Shown here: positions 1 to 10,903 of the stretch, piece by piece
How the letters are laid out: each line of letters starts with the position of its first letter
Position numbering within the stretch: the first letter of the stretch is position 1
From: Candidatus Heimdallarchaeota archaeon
GTDB taxonomy: Archaea > Asgardarchaeota > Heimdallarchaeia > Heimdallarchaeales > Heimdallarchaeaceae
Direction: 5' to 3'
Assembly (NCBI GenBank): GCA_030603365.1
Contig: JAUVXV010000012.1
Span: forward strand, 32,001 to 96,000
Length of the DNA stretch: 64,000 bases
The notes under the pieces: model-generated
The model's input: the letters and a program-made list of their open reading frames with translations, nothing else
Told to the model about the DNA's origin: nothing
The model's database searches: none
Translations under genes and position numbers: made by a program

Positions 1-454
1 TAATAAGGAAATAGCTAGGAAACTCAATATTAGCTTAAGTGGTGATGGTTTCTTTATGGAAGCTCATCCTAAACTTCGACCATTAGATACTTTTACTGAT
101 GGAGTCTTCTTAGCAGGATGTTGTCAAAGTCCAAAAGATATACCAGATGCAGTTGCTCAAGCAAGTGGTGCTGCGGTTAGAGCTGCTTCTCCTCTAGCTC
201 AAGGCAAGGTGGTTGTTGAAGCAATTACTGCGATAATAGACGAAGATTTATGCAGTGGTTGTAGAATTTGTGAAAATCTTTGTGCATATACTGCATTAGA
301 ATTTGTAAGTGATGACAAAATCATGAAGATAAATGATGTATTATGCAAAGGTTGTGGTTCATGTGCAGCTGCATGCCCAACAGGTGCAATAACAATGAAG
401 CACTATAGTAATAAACAAGTGCTTGCACAAATTGGAGGTATTCTCAATCAATAG
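1..454 (+). CDS. hdrA: Heterodisulfide reductase subunit A family protein, C-terminal part (5' truncated by window edge)
   Basis: Frame is open from nt 2 (NKEIARKLNISLSGDGFFMEAHPKLRP). GVFLAGCCQSPKDIPDAVAQAS and two CxxCxxCxxxC ferredoxin motifs; parallels the C-terminus of the next gene. Confidence 0.9.
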   Translation, partial: NKEIARKLNISLSGDGFFMEAHPKLRPLDTFTDGVFLAGCCQSPKDIPDAVAQASGAAVRAASPLAQGKVVVEAITAIIDEDLCSGCRICENLCAYTALEFVSDDKIMKINDVLCKGCGSCAAACPTGAITMKHYSNKQVLAQIGGILNQ

Positions 455-463
455 GAGCTGATT

Positions 464-3400
464 ATGGTGAAAATAGGAGTATATGTCTGTGAATGTGGGA
501 TCAATATTGGAGCTACTGTAAATGTAGAAGAAGTAGCAGAAAAAGCCAAAGATTTCCCTGATGTTGTAGTGAGTAGATATTACAAATACATGTGTTCTGA
601 TCCAGGTCAAGAGCTGATAAAACAAGATATAGAAGATCTTAAGCTTGATCGTATTGTAGTTGCTTCCTGTTCTCCAAGAATGCATGAACCAACCTTTAGA
701 GCTGTTGTTGAAGATAAAGGAATGAACCCATATTGTCTTGAGATGGTTAATATAAGAGAGCAAGTTTCATGGGTGCACAAAAATATTCCAGTAGGTACTG
801 AAAAAGCAATAGCATTGGTAAGAAGTGCGGTTCTCAAAGCAGCTCTTCTCCAACCTTTACAAAAGAAGAAGGTTGATGTCACTCCAACTGCTATGGTTAT
901 AGGTGGAGGTATTGCTGGAATTCAATCAGCTATAGACATTGGAAATATGGGATTCAAAACATATCTAGTTGAGAAGACACCTAGTATTGGTGGTACAATG
1001 GCACAATTGGATAAAACTTTCCCAACATTGGACTGTTCAGCTTGTATTCTGACGCCCAAGATGGTAGATATTGCAAGACATCCAAACATAGAACTAATGA
1101 CTTATTCAGAGATAGAAAGCGTTGAAGGTTTTATTGGTAACTTTAAGGTGACTGTGAAGCATAAAGCTAGATATATTGATGTTACCAAATGTACCGCTTG
1201 TGGCGATTGTACAGAAAATTGTCCAGTTGTAGAATTTGATGAATATAACATGAACATGACAAACCGTAAAGCTATATACATACCATTTCCTCAAGCTGTT
1301 CCTCAAAAATATACTATCGCAAAATTGGATGAATATTCACCCTGCAAAGTAACTTGTCCTGCAAACAACAATGCTCAGGGATACATTCAGCTTATTGGTG
1401 TGGGTAAATATAAAGAAGCACTTGAATTAATTAGAGACAAAAATCCTTTTCCATCAGTTTGTGGTCGTGTATGTCACCACCCTTGTGAGGAAGTTTGTAA
1501 AAGAGCTGACATTGATGAACCTCTCTCAATAATGCAATTGAAAAGATTCGCAGCTGATTATAATCGAATCAATAAAGAAGATCCTCCACTAGTAATTGAA
1601 CCCTCAAAAGATGAGAAAATTGCAATTATCGGTGCAGGCCCTTCAGGATTATCATGTGCAATAAGATTGCTGGAAGAAGGTTACTCTGTTACTGTTTATG
1701 ATGAAAGTGATGTTCCTGGTGGTATAATGACAAGTTGCCTTCCCTCATATCGTCTTCCAGTTGATTTAGCAATGTATGATATAAACAGATTGCTTGATCA
1801 GGGAATCAATCTAATAAAGAATACCAAAGTCGGAAAAGATATCTCTTTTGAGGAAATTCAAAATCAATACGATGCCGTATTTGTGGGAATTGGAGCACAA
1901 CTCCCAGCAGTATTAGAGGTTGAAGGATCAGATGTTTCGGGGATTTTACAAGGAATGACATTCCTAAAAGAAGCTAAAAAAGGAATAAAATCACCAGAAT
2001 TTGGAGAAAAAATAATCATTATAGGTGGAGGTAATGTTGCGATGGATTGTGCTAAAGTCGCATTGAGAATGGGAGGAAAAGAAGTTAGTGTTGTTTGTTT
2101 AGAAACTAGAGATCTTGCTCTGAAAGACAGAATGCCTGCAGATATATGGGAGATAGAAGAATCAGAAGAAGAAGGAATAATATTCTATAATGAACTTGGT
2201 CCAAGAAAGATAATCAGTTCAAAAGGTAAAGTTACTGGTTTAGAGACTATGATATGTACTTCGGTTTATGAAGAAGATGGAGCATTCAAACCTGAATTCC
2301 ATGATGACCCTGCTCCGGAAATTGCAGGTGATACAATTATTTTTGCTATAGGACAAAAATCTGACCTTACAGGTTTTGAAGCATTAGAAACAAATCCTGG
2401 TGGTAGAACTATATACATCGATACCATAACATTTCAAACAAGTATTCCAAGCGTTTTTGCTGGAGGGGACATAATACCAGGAATACCTTCAGTTGTAAAT
2501 GCTATTGGTACAGGTGCAGAAGCTGCAATATCCATCGATAGATATTTGCGTAAGGTAGACATCAAAGAAGGTAGAGTCAGAGACATAACAAAAATAGATG
2601 TTGTTAGATTAGATAAAGAAAAACGTCCTAGAATGAAAATGAATCGTGCTCCTGTTGAAGAGAGAATCAAAGATTTCCGTGAGATAGATTTAGGATACTC
2701 TGAAGAAGAAGCTGTCCAAGAAGCGTTACGTTGTATTTCATGTTCCATTTGTTCTGAATGTATGCAATGTGTTGAAACATGTGAAGCAGAAGCAATCGTA
2801 CATGATCAACAACATGAATTCGTGGAACTAGATATAGGTGCCATAATTGTTGCCACTGGATTTGATTCATTTGATCCTACAACTAAACCTGAATATGGTT
2901 ATGGTGAAACTCCGAATGTTATTTCTGCAATGGAGTTTGAGCGATTAGTTTCAGCATCAGGACCTACAACTGGGCATATTGAGATTAATGGAAAAGAACC
3001 AGAAAATGTTGTTTTCATTCAGTGTGTTGGTTCTAGGGACAAAGAAGGGCATGAATATTGTTCCAGAGTCTGTTGCATGTATACAGCAAAACAAGCTCAT
3101 ATGGTCAGAGACAAATTACCAAACTCAAATCTGACTGTATATAATACAGATGTTAGAGCATTTGGAAAAGGATTTGAAGAATTTTACAACAGAGTTCAAG
3201 CAGAGAATATTAACTACCTTAGACGAGAATTAGATGATCCTATCAGTGTAGTTGGTAACGAAGAAGGAGTAATTGTTAAAGCTGAAGGTCACCCTGATAT
3301 TCATGCAGATTTAGTTGTACTCGCAACTGGATTAGTTCCTCGAGAAGATTCGAAAGAACTCTCTAGATTGCTTAATATTAACATGAGTGCAGATGGATAT

Positions 3401-3820
3401 TTCTTAGAAGCTCACCCAAAATTACGTCCAGTTGACACTTTTACAGATGGTATCTTTCTTGCAGGATGTTGTCAGAGTCCTAAAGATATTCCTGACACTG
3501 TTGCTCAAGCAAGTAGTGCTGCATCTCGTGCATGTAACATTCTTTCTCAGAAGCAACTTGAGATCGAAGCAACAGTAGCTAAGGTAGACGAAAGCTTGTG
3601 TAGAGGATGTGCTTTCTGTGTTGAATCATGTCCTTATTCAGCTATAGAAATCAAAATAGTTGAACAATTTGGACATACATTTGAAGTAGCCCATGTAAAT
3701 GAAGCGCTTTGTAAAGGATGTGGTTCTTGTTCAGCAGCTTGTCTTAATGGAGCTATATATCACCAAGGCTATACTGATAATCAGATACTAGCACAAATTC
3801 AAGCATTAGGAGAAGAATAA
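464..3820 (+). CDS. Large HdrA-family (HdrL-like) flavoprotein with an inserted GltD/SudA-type NAD(P)H-binding oxidoreductase module
   Basis: HdrA N-terminus (VYVCECG, CSPRMHE, GGGIAG, LDKTFPTLDCSAC); central NPFPSVCGRVCHHPCE and two GxGxxG/A Rossmann motifs; then CVGSRD..CSRVCC and terminal ferredoxin motifs. Confidence 0.9.
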   Translation: MVKIGVYVCECGINIGATVNVEEVAEKAKDFPDVVVSRYYKYMCSDPGQELIKQDIEDLKLDRIVVASCSPRMHEPTFRAVVEDKGMNPYCLEMVNIREQVSWVHKNIPVGTEKAIALVRSAVLKAALLQPLQKKKVDVTPTAMVIGGGIAGIQSAIDIGNMGFKTYLVEKTPSIGGTMAQLDKTFPTLDCSACILTPKMVDIARHPNIELMTYSEIESVEGFIGNFKVTVKHKARYIDVTKCTACGDCTENCPVVEFDEYNMNMTNRKAIYIPFPQAVPQKYTIAKLDEYSPCKVTCPANNNAQGYIQLIGVGKYKEALELIRDKNPFPSVCGRVCHHPCEEVCKRADIDEPLSIMQLKRFAADYNRINKEDPPLVIEPSKDEKIAIIGAGPSGLSCAIRLLEEGYSVTVYDESDVPGGIMTSCLPSYRLPVDLAMYDINRLLDQGINLIKNTKVGKDISFEEIQNQYDAVFVGIGAQLPAVLEVEGSDVSGILQGMTFLKEAKKGIKSPEFGEKIIIIGGGNVAMDCAKVALRMGGKEVSVVCLETRDLALKDRMPADIWEIEESEEEGIIFYNELGPRKIISSKGKVTGLETMICTSVYEEDGAFKPEFHDDPAPEIAGDTIIFAIGQKSDLTGFEALETNPGGRTIYIDTITFQTSIPSVFAGGDIIPGIPSVVNAIGTGAEAAISIDRYLRKVDIKEGRVRDITKIDVVRLDKEKRPRMKMNRAPVEERIKDFREIDLGYSEEEAVQEALRCISCSICSECMQCVETCEAEAIVHDQQHEFVELDIGAIIVATGFDSFDPTTKPEYGYGETPNVISAMEFERLVSASGPTTGHIEINGKEPENVVFIQCVGSRDKEGHEYCSRVCCMYTAKQAHMVRDKLPNSNLTVYNTDVRAFGKGFEEFYNRVQAENINYLRRELDDPISVVGNEEGVIVKAEGHPDIHADLVVLATGLVPREDSKELSRLLNINMSADGYFLEAHPKLRPVDTFTDGIFLAGCCQSPKDIPDTVAQASSAASRACNILSQKQLEIEATVAKVDESLCRGCAFCVESCPYSAIEIKIVEQFGHTFEVAHVNEALCKGCGSCSAACLNGAIYHQGYTDNQILAQIQALGEE

Positions 3821-3823
3821 AAT

Positions 3824-4315
3824 TTGAAAACAGTAATCATAGGTTTGGGTAATCCCATAGTTGGGGATGATGCGATAGGTATCAAAGTAATGGAATACAT
3901 TAGGGATACCTTTACTCTTCCTATGAACACTGAGATTCTAGCCGATATTTCAATTGCAGGTTTAGGATTAGTTGAACTATTTAGAGGATATAACAAAGTG
4001 ATTCTAATTGATTCAATTCAGACCGGAAAACATCCCATAGGAACAGTGATTCTTCTCAGACATGAGGAATTTTCCTTAGCCTTACATACATATGATCATC
4101 ACAATATGGACATTTTTACCTCTTTAGAATTCAGTAATCAAATATTTGATGATATTCCTAAAGATATCGAGATTATCGGTATAGAGATAATCAATCCAAT
4201 GGAATTTAGTGATAAGTTATCTTTAGAATTACAAAATAAATTTGAAGAAATTGTTAATCAAGTTTACAAATTAATTCTTGAACAATTGAGAGAGGAGATT
4301 AAAGCAAATGCTTAG
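3824..4315 (+). CDS. Hydrogenase maturation protease (HyaD/HybD/HycI family)
   Basis: IIGLGNPIVGDDAIG motif, ILIDS, HH motif; TTG start 3 nt after the hdrL-like stop. Confidence 0.88.
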   Translation: MKTVIIGLGNPIVGDDAIGIKVMEYIRDTFTLPMNTEILADISIAGLGLVELFRGYNKVILIDSIQTGKHPIGTVILLRHEEFSLALHTYDHHNMDIFTSLEFSNQIFDDIPKDIEIIGIEIINPMEFSDKLSLELQNKFEEIVNQVYKLILEQLREEIKANA

Positions 4316-4374
4316 TAAATTATCAAATTCAAAAAACATATTAAACATAAATAAAGAAATTGGAGAAAACTAAA

Positions 4375-4791
4375 ATGGATGAATATGAACCTAATATAAT
4401 TGGATTTCTCTGTAATTGGTGTTCGTATGCAGGAGCAGATCTTGCAGGAACTAGTAGAATAAGCTATCCCACAAATATTAAGATAATTCGAGTGATGTGT
4501 TCTGGAAGGGTAGATCCTGCTTTCGTACTCGAAGCCCTCAAGAAAGGTGCAGATGGTGTACTAGTTTCAGGTTGCCATTTTGGAGAATGCCATTACAAAT
4601 CAGGAAATTATAAAGCTAATCGTCGAATTAAACTTACTAAGAAATTCCTTGAAGAAATGGGAATCAATCCAAATAGAGTCCGATTTGAGTTTATATCTGC
4701 TTCAGAAGGAAATAGATTTGCAGAAGTTGTAACGGAGTTTGTAGACGAATTAAAAGAACTTGGCCCCCTTTCTTTACAATTGATACAATAA
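4375..4791 (+). CDS. mvhD: Hydrogenase [2Fe-2S] subunit MvhD/FlpD
   Basis: FLCNWCSYAGADLAG, RVMCSGRV, GCHFGECHY, ISASEG. ATG at 4375 preferred over TTG at 4360. Confidence 0.93.
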   Translation: MDEYEPNIIGFLCNWCSYAGADLAGTSRISYPTNIKIIRVMCSGRVDPAFVLEALKKGADGVLVSGCHFGECHYKSGNYKANRRIKLTKKFLEEMGINPNRVRFEFISASEGNRFAEVVTEFVDELKELGPLSLQLIQ

Positions 4792-4836
4792 CAATGAGGA
4801 AATGTTTTTTTACTAGTCATACTCTCTTCAAGTGAT

Positions 4837-5820
4837 ATGCCGAACATTTTAGTAACAGGGGCTTCTGGATGTACAGGTAGAGGAGTTTTGCTTTATCTTG
4901 CTGCTAAGGGGTACAAAGAAATTTTTGGCATGGTTAGAAAAGAATCTTTAGAAAAAGTACCAAACGTAAAATATGTTTTAGCTGATTTATCAGATAAACA
5001 GTCTCTTGATAAAATATTCAAAGAAAATAACATTGATACAATCTGGCATTTAGCAGCAGCCGTACATCGAAATGTAAAGAAGAAAGATTTCTTCAAGATT
5101 AATTATGAAGGAACAAAAAACATTATGCAATCAGCTATTGAAAACGAGATCAAGCATTTTGTTTTTGCCAGTACAACTGCTGTCTATGGTAAGATAGTTG
5201 ATTCACCAGCTACTGAAAAACATAGAATTAAACCTAATGGATTATATGCAAAATCTAAACTTGAAGCAGAACTAATGATAAAACAAACATGTAATAAAAA
5301 TGGTATAAAAGGAGGAAATCTCAGAATACCTTTAATCACAGGAAAATATGATAGACATTTTTATCCAATAGTGAGTAAATTAGTTAGAATTAATATCATG
5401 CCTATTATTGGGAATCCTAGGCATAAAGTTTCAGTCGTACATCCGTACGATATTGCAAAAGCAATGGAAGTAATAACTAAAAATCATTCAGAAGAATATG
5501 AAGATTATAACATTATATCATGTAATGAATCATTCAAGGAACTATTACTTGAAATGGAGAAACATCTTATTGGAAAAAGGAGGTTTAAGTACTTTATTCC
5601 ATATCCAATAGTCTATGCAGCTGTGTGGATGTTTGAGAAGATCCATTGGCTTTTCCATCCAAGGAAGCAAGCATTGATTAACAGAGAGTATGCAAGGATG
5701 ATGGGAAAAGAATGGATATTTGATTGTGAAAAACTTAACCAAATAGGGTACACCCCTAGCATGAATTTAGAAGACATAGTTAAAGACGCAGTTTTCGAAG
5801 AGCCAATTCCAGTACCTTAG
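4837..5820 (+). CDS. NAD-dependent epimerase/dehydratase (extended SDR)
   Basis: ILVTGASGCTG, HLAA, ASTTAVYG, YAKSK catalytic motif. Confidence 0.88.
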   Translation: MPNILVTGASGCTGRGVLLYLAAKGYKEIFGMVRKESLEKVPNVKYVLADLSDKQSLDKIFKENNIDTIWHLAAAVHRNVKKKDFFKINYEGTKNIMQSAIENEIKHFVFASTTAVYGKIVDSPATEKHRIKPNGLYAKSKLEAELMIKQTCNKNGIKGGNLRIPLITGKYDRHFYPIVSKLVRINIMPIIGNPRHKVSVVHPYDIAKAMEVITKNHSEEYEDYNIISCNESFKELLLEMEKHLIGKRRFKYFIPYPIVYAAVWMFEKIHWLFHPRKQALINREYARMMGKEWIFDCEKLNQIGYTPSMNLEDIVKDAVFEEPIPVP

Positions 5821-5876
5821 ATTGTTTCACTCGATTACTCACAAAACTTTTGAAGTAGTCCTTTAAACTTCTTGAT

Positions 5877-6761
5877 ATGAGTACTGAAATCATTACTATA
5901 ACAGATGATTGTATAGGATGTGGCAGCTGTTCGGATGTTTGTCCTCGATATATCTTTGATATTGTTGACAAGAAAGCTGTAACTAATCAGAATCTTTTCC
6001 GCTGTCATGACTGTGGTCATTGTGTTGCAGTATGTCCTGAAAATGCTATAATCCAACACAGAATGATAGAGAAATCTCTAGAAGAAGATTTCCCTATGAA
6101 AGGAAAAACATTATCCTACGAACAGGTTCTGGAAATTATTCGTCAAAGAAGATCCATACGCTATTTTTCAAAGAAAAAAGTCACAAAGGAACAGATTGAA
6201 CAGTTGATAGCATTAGGAAGATATGCTCCAACCGGTCACAATGATAGAAAAGTCTGTTATACTATAATAAATGATAGAGAAAAACTCGAATATCTTTTAG
6301 ATACAATGATAGAATTATTCAAGAAACTCAAGAAACAGCTGAATAGTACTTTATGGAATTTTCTTGCAGTATTAGCAGGTAAGAAGAAATTCTTTGATAA
6401 AGCTAAGAAAAGCCTGTATCGATTAGAGAGTCACATTGAGCATTGGGAAAAAGGTATAGACAAAGTACTGCATTATTCATCCACTCTAATTCTTATTCAT
6501 ACTGATAACGAAACTTCTGCACCAATTGAGGATTGCAATATAGCAGCTCAGAATATAGCTTTAGGAGCAACAACACTAGGATTAGCAGCGACCTTCATAG
6601 GATATGTTCAAAAGAGCTGGGAAAATTCTAAAGAAATAAGAGAGATCATTAATTTACCAGAGAATCATACACTCTTTGCATGTTTAGCTGTTGGATTTCC
6701 AAGAAATAATTACAAAAGATTAGTTCCAAGACCAGAACCTTCTGTAACCTACTCAAGCTAA
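5877..6761 (+). CDS. Nitroreductase family protein with N-terminal 2x[4Fe-4S] ferredoxin
   Basis: CIGCGSCSDVCP and CHDCGHCVAVCP; RRSIR and APTGHN FMN-binding motifs. Confidence 0.88.
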   Translation: MSTEIITITDDCIGCGSCSDVCPRYIFDIVDKKAVTNQNLFRCHDCGHCVAVCPENAIIQHRMIEKSLEEDFPMKGKTLSYEQVLEIIRQRRSIRYFSKKKVTKEQIEQLIALGRYAPTGHNDRKVCYTIINDREKLEYLLDTMIELFKKLKKQLNSTLWNFLAVLAGKKKFFDKAKKSLYRLESHIEHWEKGIDKVLHYSSTLILIHTDNETSAPIEDCNIAAQNIALGATTLGLAATFIGYVQKSWENSKEIREIINLPENHTLFACLAVGFPRNNYKRLVPRPEPSVTYSS

Positions 6762-6834
6762 TCAAACCCTTATTCTAGAAAAGAATTTTATATGATATTC
6801 GCTTTGCTTATATGTTGGACCTCGGTGAACAGAA

Positions 6835-8770
6835 GTGTCTCATGAACAATCCAAGATAATTTTAGAATTGGAAGATTTGAAGATTAGAGGTAAATATGAC
6901 GAAATTTTAGATCAAGTCGATTTAGTACTTCAAAGGAAGGAAATAGCTGCAATCGAGAAGATCCGAGTTAAAATAATCAAGTGTGAGGTTATATCATTTT
7001 TAGGTCAAATAGAATTTGATTCAGAGAAACTAGATGAAAGTTATAGCTTATCAACAAATCTAATTACAGAAACTGAAAAACTTGGGGATATAGTTCTCAT
7101 CTTTGATGCTTATTACTGTAATACCAAGTGTCTGCTTGATAATGGAAAAAATGAGGAGTACTTAGAAGGTGTAAAAAAGCTTGAAGAGATTTTTGCTAAG
7201 CTAAAGGAAGAAAATGAGCTAATTGCAAATGAGAAAAGGGCTTCTCTTATGTTGGTATCTTCTTCTGTTGGTAAGGTAGAAGTAATTCTTGGTAAAAAGC
7301 AAACCTGGGATTTTAATGAAACAATTGCACTACTTGTAAAGGGGATAAAAGAGGCTAGAAAATCTGAAAATACAGAGATTCTATATAATTTATTATATTC
7401 ATTAGTAGATACTCATTTTCAAATCGGACAATATGATAAATCAATGGAAGTAGTGCATGAAGCAATGGAAATTGCTGAAGAAAATAATAATGAATATTTG
7501 ATAGCACACTCTTTGCGTGAAATCGGACTAATTTACTGGATGACAGGAAAATGGAATTCTTTTTTAAAGACTACTAAAAAAGCCTTAGAAATCAAAGAAA
7601 AGATTGGGAATCAAAGATTCTTAGCTCACTCAATTTATTTCTTAGGTTTTTTTTATGCGGAAACTGGTGATTGGAAAGAAGCTCTAAAGTGTTTTCAGAA
7701 AGCTTATGATATATGGTCTGAGAATGGTAAGAGAAGTGATGAAATACAAGGATTACATAACTTAGTTTTATGTTATAGACAGTTTGGAGAGCTGGATAAA
7801 GCGTTAGAGTACTTGAAGAATTTGTATGAAATTCAAAAGAAAAAAAAATGATATTAAGTCCTATTTTACACTCAACAGTATGGCAGATATATATCTTGAA
7901 AAGGGGGAGCTGGATAAAGCATTAGAACTGTCCGAAGAATCGCTTAAGTTCAACATGCAAATAGGTGCTAAAAGAGATATTGCAATAAATTGTGATTTAA
8001 TTAGTACGGTTTATGAGAGAAAAGGATCATTTAAGAAAGCTTTGAACTATCGGGAAAAAACAATCAAGATATATACTGAATTAGGAAATAAAACTCATCT
8101 CACAGATAGTTTATACAGGAACTTAATACTTGCTTCAAATTACAATAAAATGGATCTGGCAAAAGAATACTATAATAGAATTGAAATGATTGTTGAGGAA
8201 ATTGATCATAAAAATTACAAACAATTAACTCTGCTTGCTGAAGGTGTTATTTTAAAGGGTAGCAAAGAAACTCGAGATAGAGATCGCGCTGAATTAATAT
8301 TTGATCATCTCCTTCAAGAAGATGTAAAATATATGCTTAGAATTGAAATTCTTCTTCAATTATCTGATTTATTATTGTTTGAGCTCAAAGCAACCTCTAA
8401 TGAGAGATATCTATCTAAACTTCAGAAGAACATTAGTAACTTAGTTGACATTGGCATGGAGAACAATATTCCACTAATTGTTGTAGAAAGCTTATGGTTT
8501 AAATCACAATTATCTCTATTGAACCTTGATTTTGATAAAACTAGAGAGCTGTTAACACAAGCTCTTAACATCGCTGAAGATAAAGGACTAAATCATTTAG
8601 CATTAAAGGTAACTAGATCTAAGGAAGAACTCATTCGACGGATAATAGAACTGGAAAATCTTGAGCTAGCTTCTCCATCACTTTCTGAAAAGATGGAACT
8701 AATTGATATTGATAAGGGTTTTAAGGAAATTAAGAGTTCAGAAATGTTTCAGTTCAAACAAAATATTTAG
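6835..8770 (+). pseudogene. TPR protein paralog 1, frameshifted at an A9 run (ORFs 6835-7851 and 7826-8770)
   Basis: The two ORFs together are collinear with the intact ~655-aa paralogs; the break is CAA AAG AAA AAA AAA TGA at 7834-7851. Confidence 0.8.
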
Positions 8771-8848
8771 CATCATAGAAATAAAGATATTTTGGGAACA
8801 CTTTTAGTTCTTGAACACTATAGTATATTGTATTCACAAAGGTGACTA

Positions 8849-10816
8849 GTGATGGAAAAGAGCTTCACTTACAGACTAAATGATCTATATGAAGAACTAG
8901 TTGAAGGAAAATATCATGAGCTAATTGAAAAAACAGATGAGATTATACAAAATGAAGAAGCTCCTGTTGAAGAAAGAATTGAAGCAATGCTAGCTAGAAG
9001 CTGGAGTCTCTACTATCTTTCCATTTTTGAATTCAGAGAGGAGTATAATGAACAAGCATTGGAAACAATATCAGAAGCCTTTCAGAAGAGTTCAGAAGTT
9101 GGAAACACTTTACTTATGTTTGAAACAATTTATATGAAAATATGGTCCTTCTCTAAAAATTATAAACATGAAGAAGTATTAGAAAACATCGAAATAGCTG
9201 AAGAGATTTATGGGAAATTAAAAGCAGAATATCCTGATCTATTGAAAGAAAAGAAAGTGTTTCTACTCAGCCTATATGATTTAGGATTAATTCATAAAGA
9301 AGATGTTATTGAAAATTATAAATGGGATTTTCAGGAATCAATTGATTGTCTGGAAGAAGCTTTACAGTTAAATGCTGATTCAAGGGGAAAAGGAACTGTA
9401 TTGAGTAAAATATTAATTTTGATTTTATATCGTCAAATTAGCTTGTCACATGATAGAATAAGTGAGTATAATAAGGCAGTAGAATACAGAAAGAAAGCAC
9501 TAACAATCGCAGAAGAAAACAAGAATGAATATTGGATGAGCTTTATTCTTCAGTTAATAGGAAGGGCATACTGGAGGAAGGGAGAATATAATCTTTACTT
9601 AGAATATACATACAAAGCTCGAGAAATTTCAGAGAAACAAGGTAATATAAGAGGTATAGGATCATCTCACCATAATATTGGGATCTATTATGGAGAGATA
9701 GGTGAGTGGAAAAAATGTCTTGAACATTCACAAAAAGCTTATGATATACTGTCAGAGGATGGTAAAAGAGAAGGAAGTTATATTATTGCACAATTAACTA
9801 ACAACATTGCTGCTTGTAATGTTTGTATGGGAGACTTTGATAAAGCTCTGACACACTTTGATAAGGGTATTGAAATTAGTAAAAAAATAGGAAATGAAGA
9901 ACTAGTTTTGAATAATCTTGGAAACAAAGCGATTGTTCACAAAGAGATAGGAGAATTAGATGTTGCTTTGAAAATTCAAGAAGAAAGGTTAGAATATTAC
10001 GAAAGAAGAGGTTTCAAAAGTTTAGTATGTAATGCTCTATGGAACATAGCCTTAATTTATCAAGCTAAAGGATTATTCAATAAAGCACACGAACATTTTA
10101 AAGAAACATTGCAAATTTATGATGATTTAGGTAATAGAAGTCAAGGTGTTTCTATATTGTATAGTCTTGTTCTTCTAGGAGTGGAGTTTGACAAAATAGA
10201 ATTAGCAAAAGAATATTATCAAGAGCTAGAAAAAAGATCAGAGGATGTTGAGTACAAAATTACAAAAAATCAAATTCTTCAAGCAGAAGCTGCAATTTTG
10301 GCAAGAAGTTCAGTTGCTAGAGATAGAATTAGAGCAGAAGTAATCTATGAACAATTGCTAAATGAACAACTTGAATATCAGACTCATTTAGGGATAATTT
10401 TCCATCTTTGTGAACTTCTTTTATCAGAATTGAAAGCTAGTTCTGATGAAAGAATTCTAGCCAAACTTCAGAAATATGTAGACAAAATGATAGAATTGTC
10501 AACTAAGAATTATTTTACTCTGCTGATTGTTGAAAGTCTTTGGTTTAAAGCTCAACTTTCCTTGCTAAACCTAGATTTTGAAAAAGCTAAGGAGTTACTC
10601 ACTCAAGCTTTGAACATAGCTGAGGAGAAGGGGTTGAATCGTCTTACTTTGAAAATTATGAAAGCAAAAGAGCAATTAGTCCAACAATTAATGGAATTAG
10701 AAGACATGGAAAAAGAATCGCCAACTATTTCTAAAAGGATGGATACTATCAAAATCGAGAATGGTTTCAAAGAAATAACTAGTTCACAAATGTATCAGTT
10801 CAAACAAAATATCTGA
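8849..10816 (+). CDS. TPR protein paralog 2 (~40-aa repeats plus conserved C-terminal helical domain)
   Basis: Repeated IG.YY...GEW..ALE...KA pattern; RDRIRAEV, LWFKAQLSLL, ENGFKEI. GGTGA upstream; GTG 8849 or ATG 8852. Confidence 0.88.
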   Translation: MMEKSFTYRLNDLYEELVEGKYHELIEKTDEIIQNEEAPVEERIEAMLARSWSLYYLSIFEFREEYNEQALETISEAFQKSSEVGNTLLMFETIYMKIWSFSKNYKHEEVLENIEIAEEIYGKLKAEYPDLLKEKKVFLLSLYDLGLIHKEDVIENYKWDFQESIDCLEEALQLNADSRGKGTVLSKILILILYRQISLSHDRISEYNKAVEYRKKALTIAEENKNEYWMSFILQLIGRAYWRKGEYNLYLEYTYKAREISEKQGNIRGIGSSHHNIGIYYGEIGEWKKCLEHSQKAYDILSEDGKREGSYIIAQLTNNIAACNVCMGDFDKALTHFDKGIEISKKIGNEELVLNNLGNKAIVHKEIGELDVALKIQEERLEYYERRGFKSLVCNALWNIALIYQAKGLFNKAHEHFKETLQIYDDLGNRSQGVSILYSLVLLGVEFDKIELAKEYYQELEKRSEDVEYKITKNQILQAEAAILARSSVARDRIRAEVIYEQLLNEQLEYQTHLGIIFHLCELLLSELKASSDERILAKLQKYVDKMIELSTKNYFTLLIVESLWFKAQLSLLNLDFEKAKELLTQALNIAEEKGLNRLTLKIMKAKEQLVQQLMELEDMEKESPTISKRMDTIKIENGFKEITSSQMYQFKQNI

Positions 10817-10903
10817 CATTAATACTATAATCAGGTAATTTTTAGGGGAAGAGTTTTATTTATTTGAAGAGTTAACGTTTATGTTTCATAAAGGGGAAAA
10901 ACA

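Noticed and set aside
464-4791. Selenocysteine recoding in hdrA or mvhD
   Set aside because: The relevant Cys motifs (LDCSAC, CNWC, CHFGEC) use Cys codons and the ORFs have no internal TGA.
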